The notes below the pieces were generated by a model. It saw only the letters and a list, made by a program, of their open reading frames with translations, searched no databases and was not told where the DNA came from. A program made the position numbers and the translations under genes. From Callorhinchus milii (Eukaryota): DNA of 64,000 nucleotides. Below are positions 63,661 through 64,000 of this stretch, in pieces. The DNA lies in NCBI RefSeq assembly GCF_018977255.1, contig NW_024704743.1, forward strand, positions 21,020,001 to 21,084,000, given 5' to 3'. Positions within the stretch are counted from its first letter, which is position 1. The number at the start of each line of letters is the position of its first letter.

Positions 63661-64000
63661 GATGCCCCATTATCCTTTATAAAACCCTTTGTGAATAGGC
63701 TTATAGAAGTGCGAATTATCACTGATGTTGTGTCTCACCACTGTGGGATACTCCATTGAAACCATACTTGTGCCATATACATGCATGCACATACACAGCC
63801 AGGAAATAATCAGTATTATATTCAGTGGAAGGTCACTGAAGCAAAGGAACAACCCAATACTTTGCTTATGTAAAACAGACACTTCCTGCTTAACAGCATT
63901 TATGCCTTCTGAATTAGAGTGAAGTCTGGTATTAATTAACTTAAATTGCATAATTCATTAAAATGTTAACTGCATTAGCATAAGAATTGGGCTTGCAGGA

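Overview
AT-rich, repeat-dense vertebrate DNA with no complete gene. It reads as intronic or intergenic sequence. The repeat set points to a cartilaginous fish, possibly a chimaera or elephant shark (inference): many decayed L2 and CR1 LINE fragments, SacSINE1/DeuSINE-type SINEs, a younger tRNA(Ala)-headed SINE with an L2-type tail, and Penelope-like relics. Nearly all ORFs in the track are LINE/SINE remnants or chance ORFs. The best genic signal is a probable first coding exon at 56753-56963 (+), encoding 70 Ser/Arg-rich residues and ending at a phase-1 GT donor, inside a repeat-free block; I cannot name the gene. Weaker exon candidates lie at 20600-20659 and 37779-37951. The most unusual structure is five near-perfect local inverted duplications (18465, 22831, 30846/31491, 40777/41285, 46763), one with clear junction microhomology. 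Also notable are an unidentified dispersed repeat family that seems to have long inverted termini, hammerhead-ribozyme cores in Penelope relics, and a CORE-like/Deu-like mosaic SINE. I see no convincing new multi-gene system. Boundaries of degenerate repeats are approximate (tens of bp).
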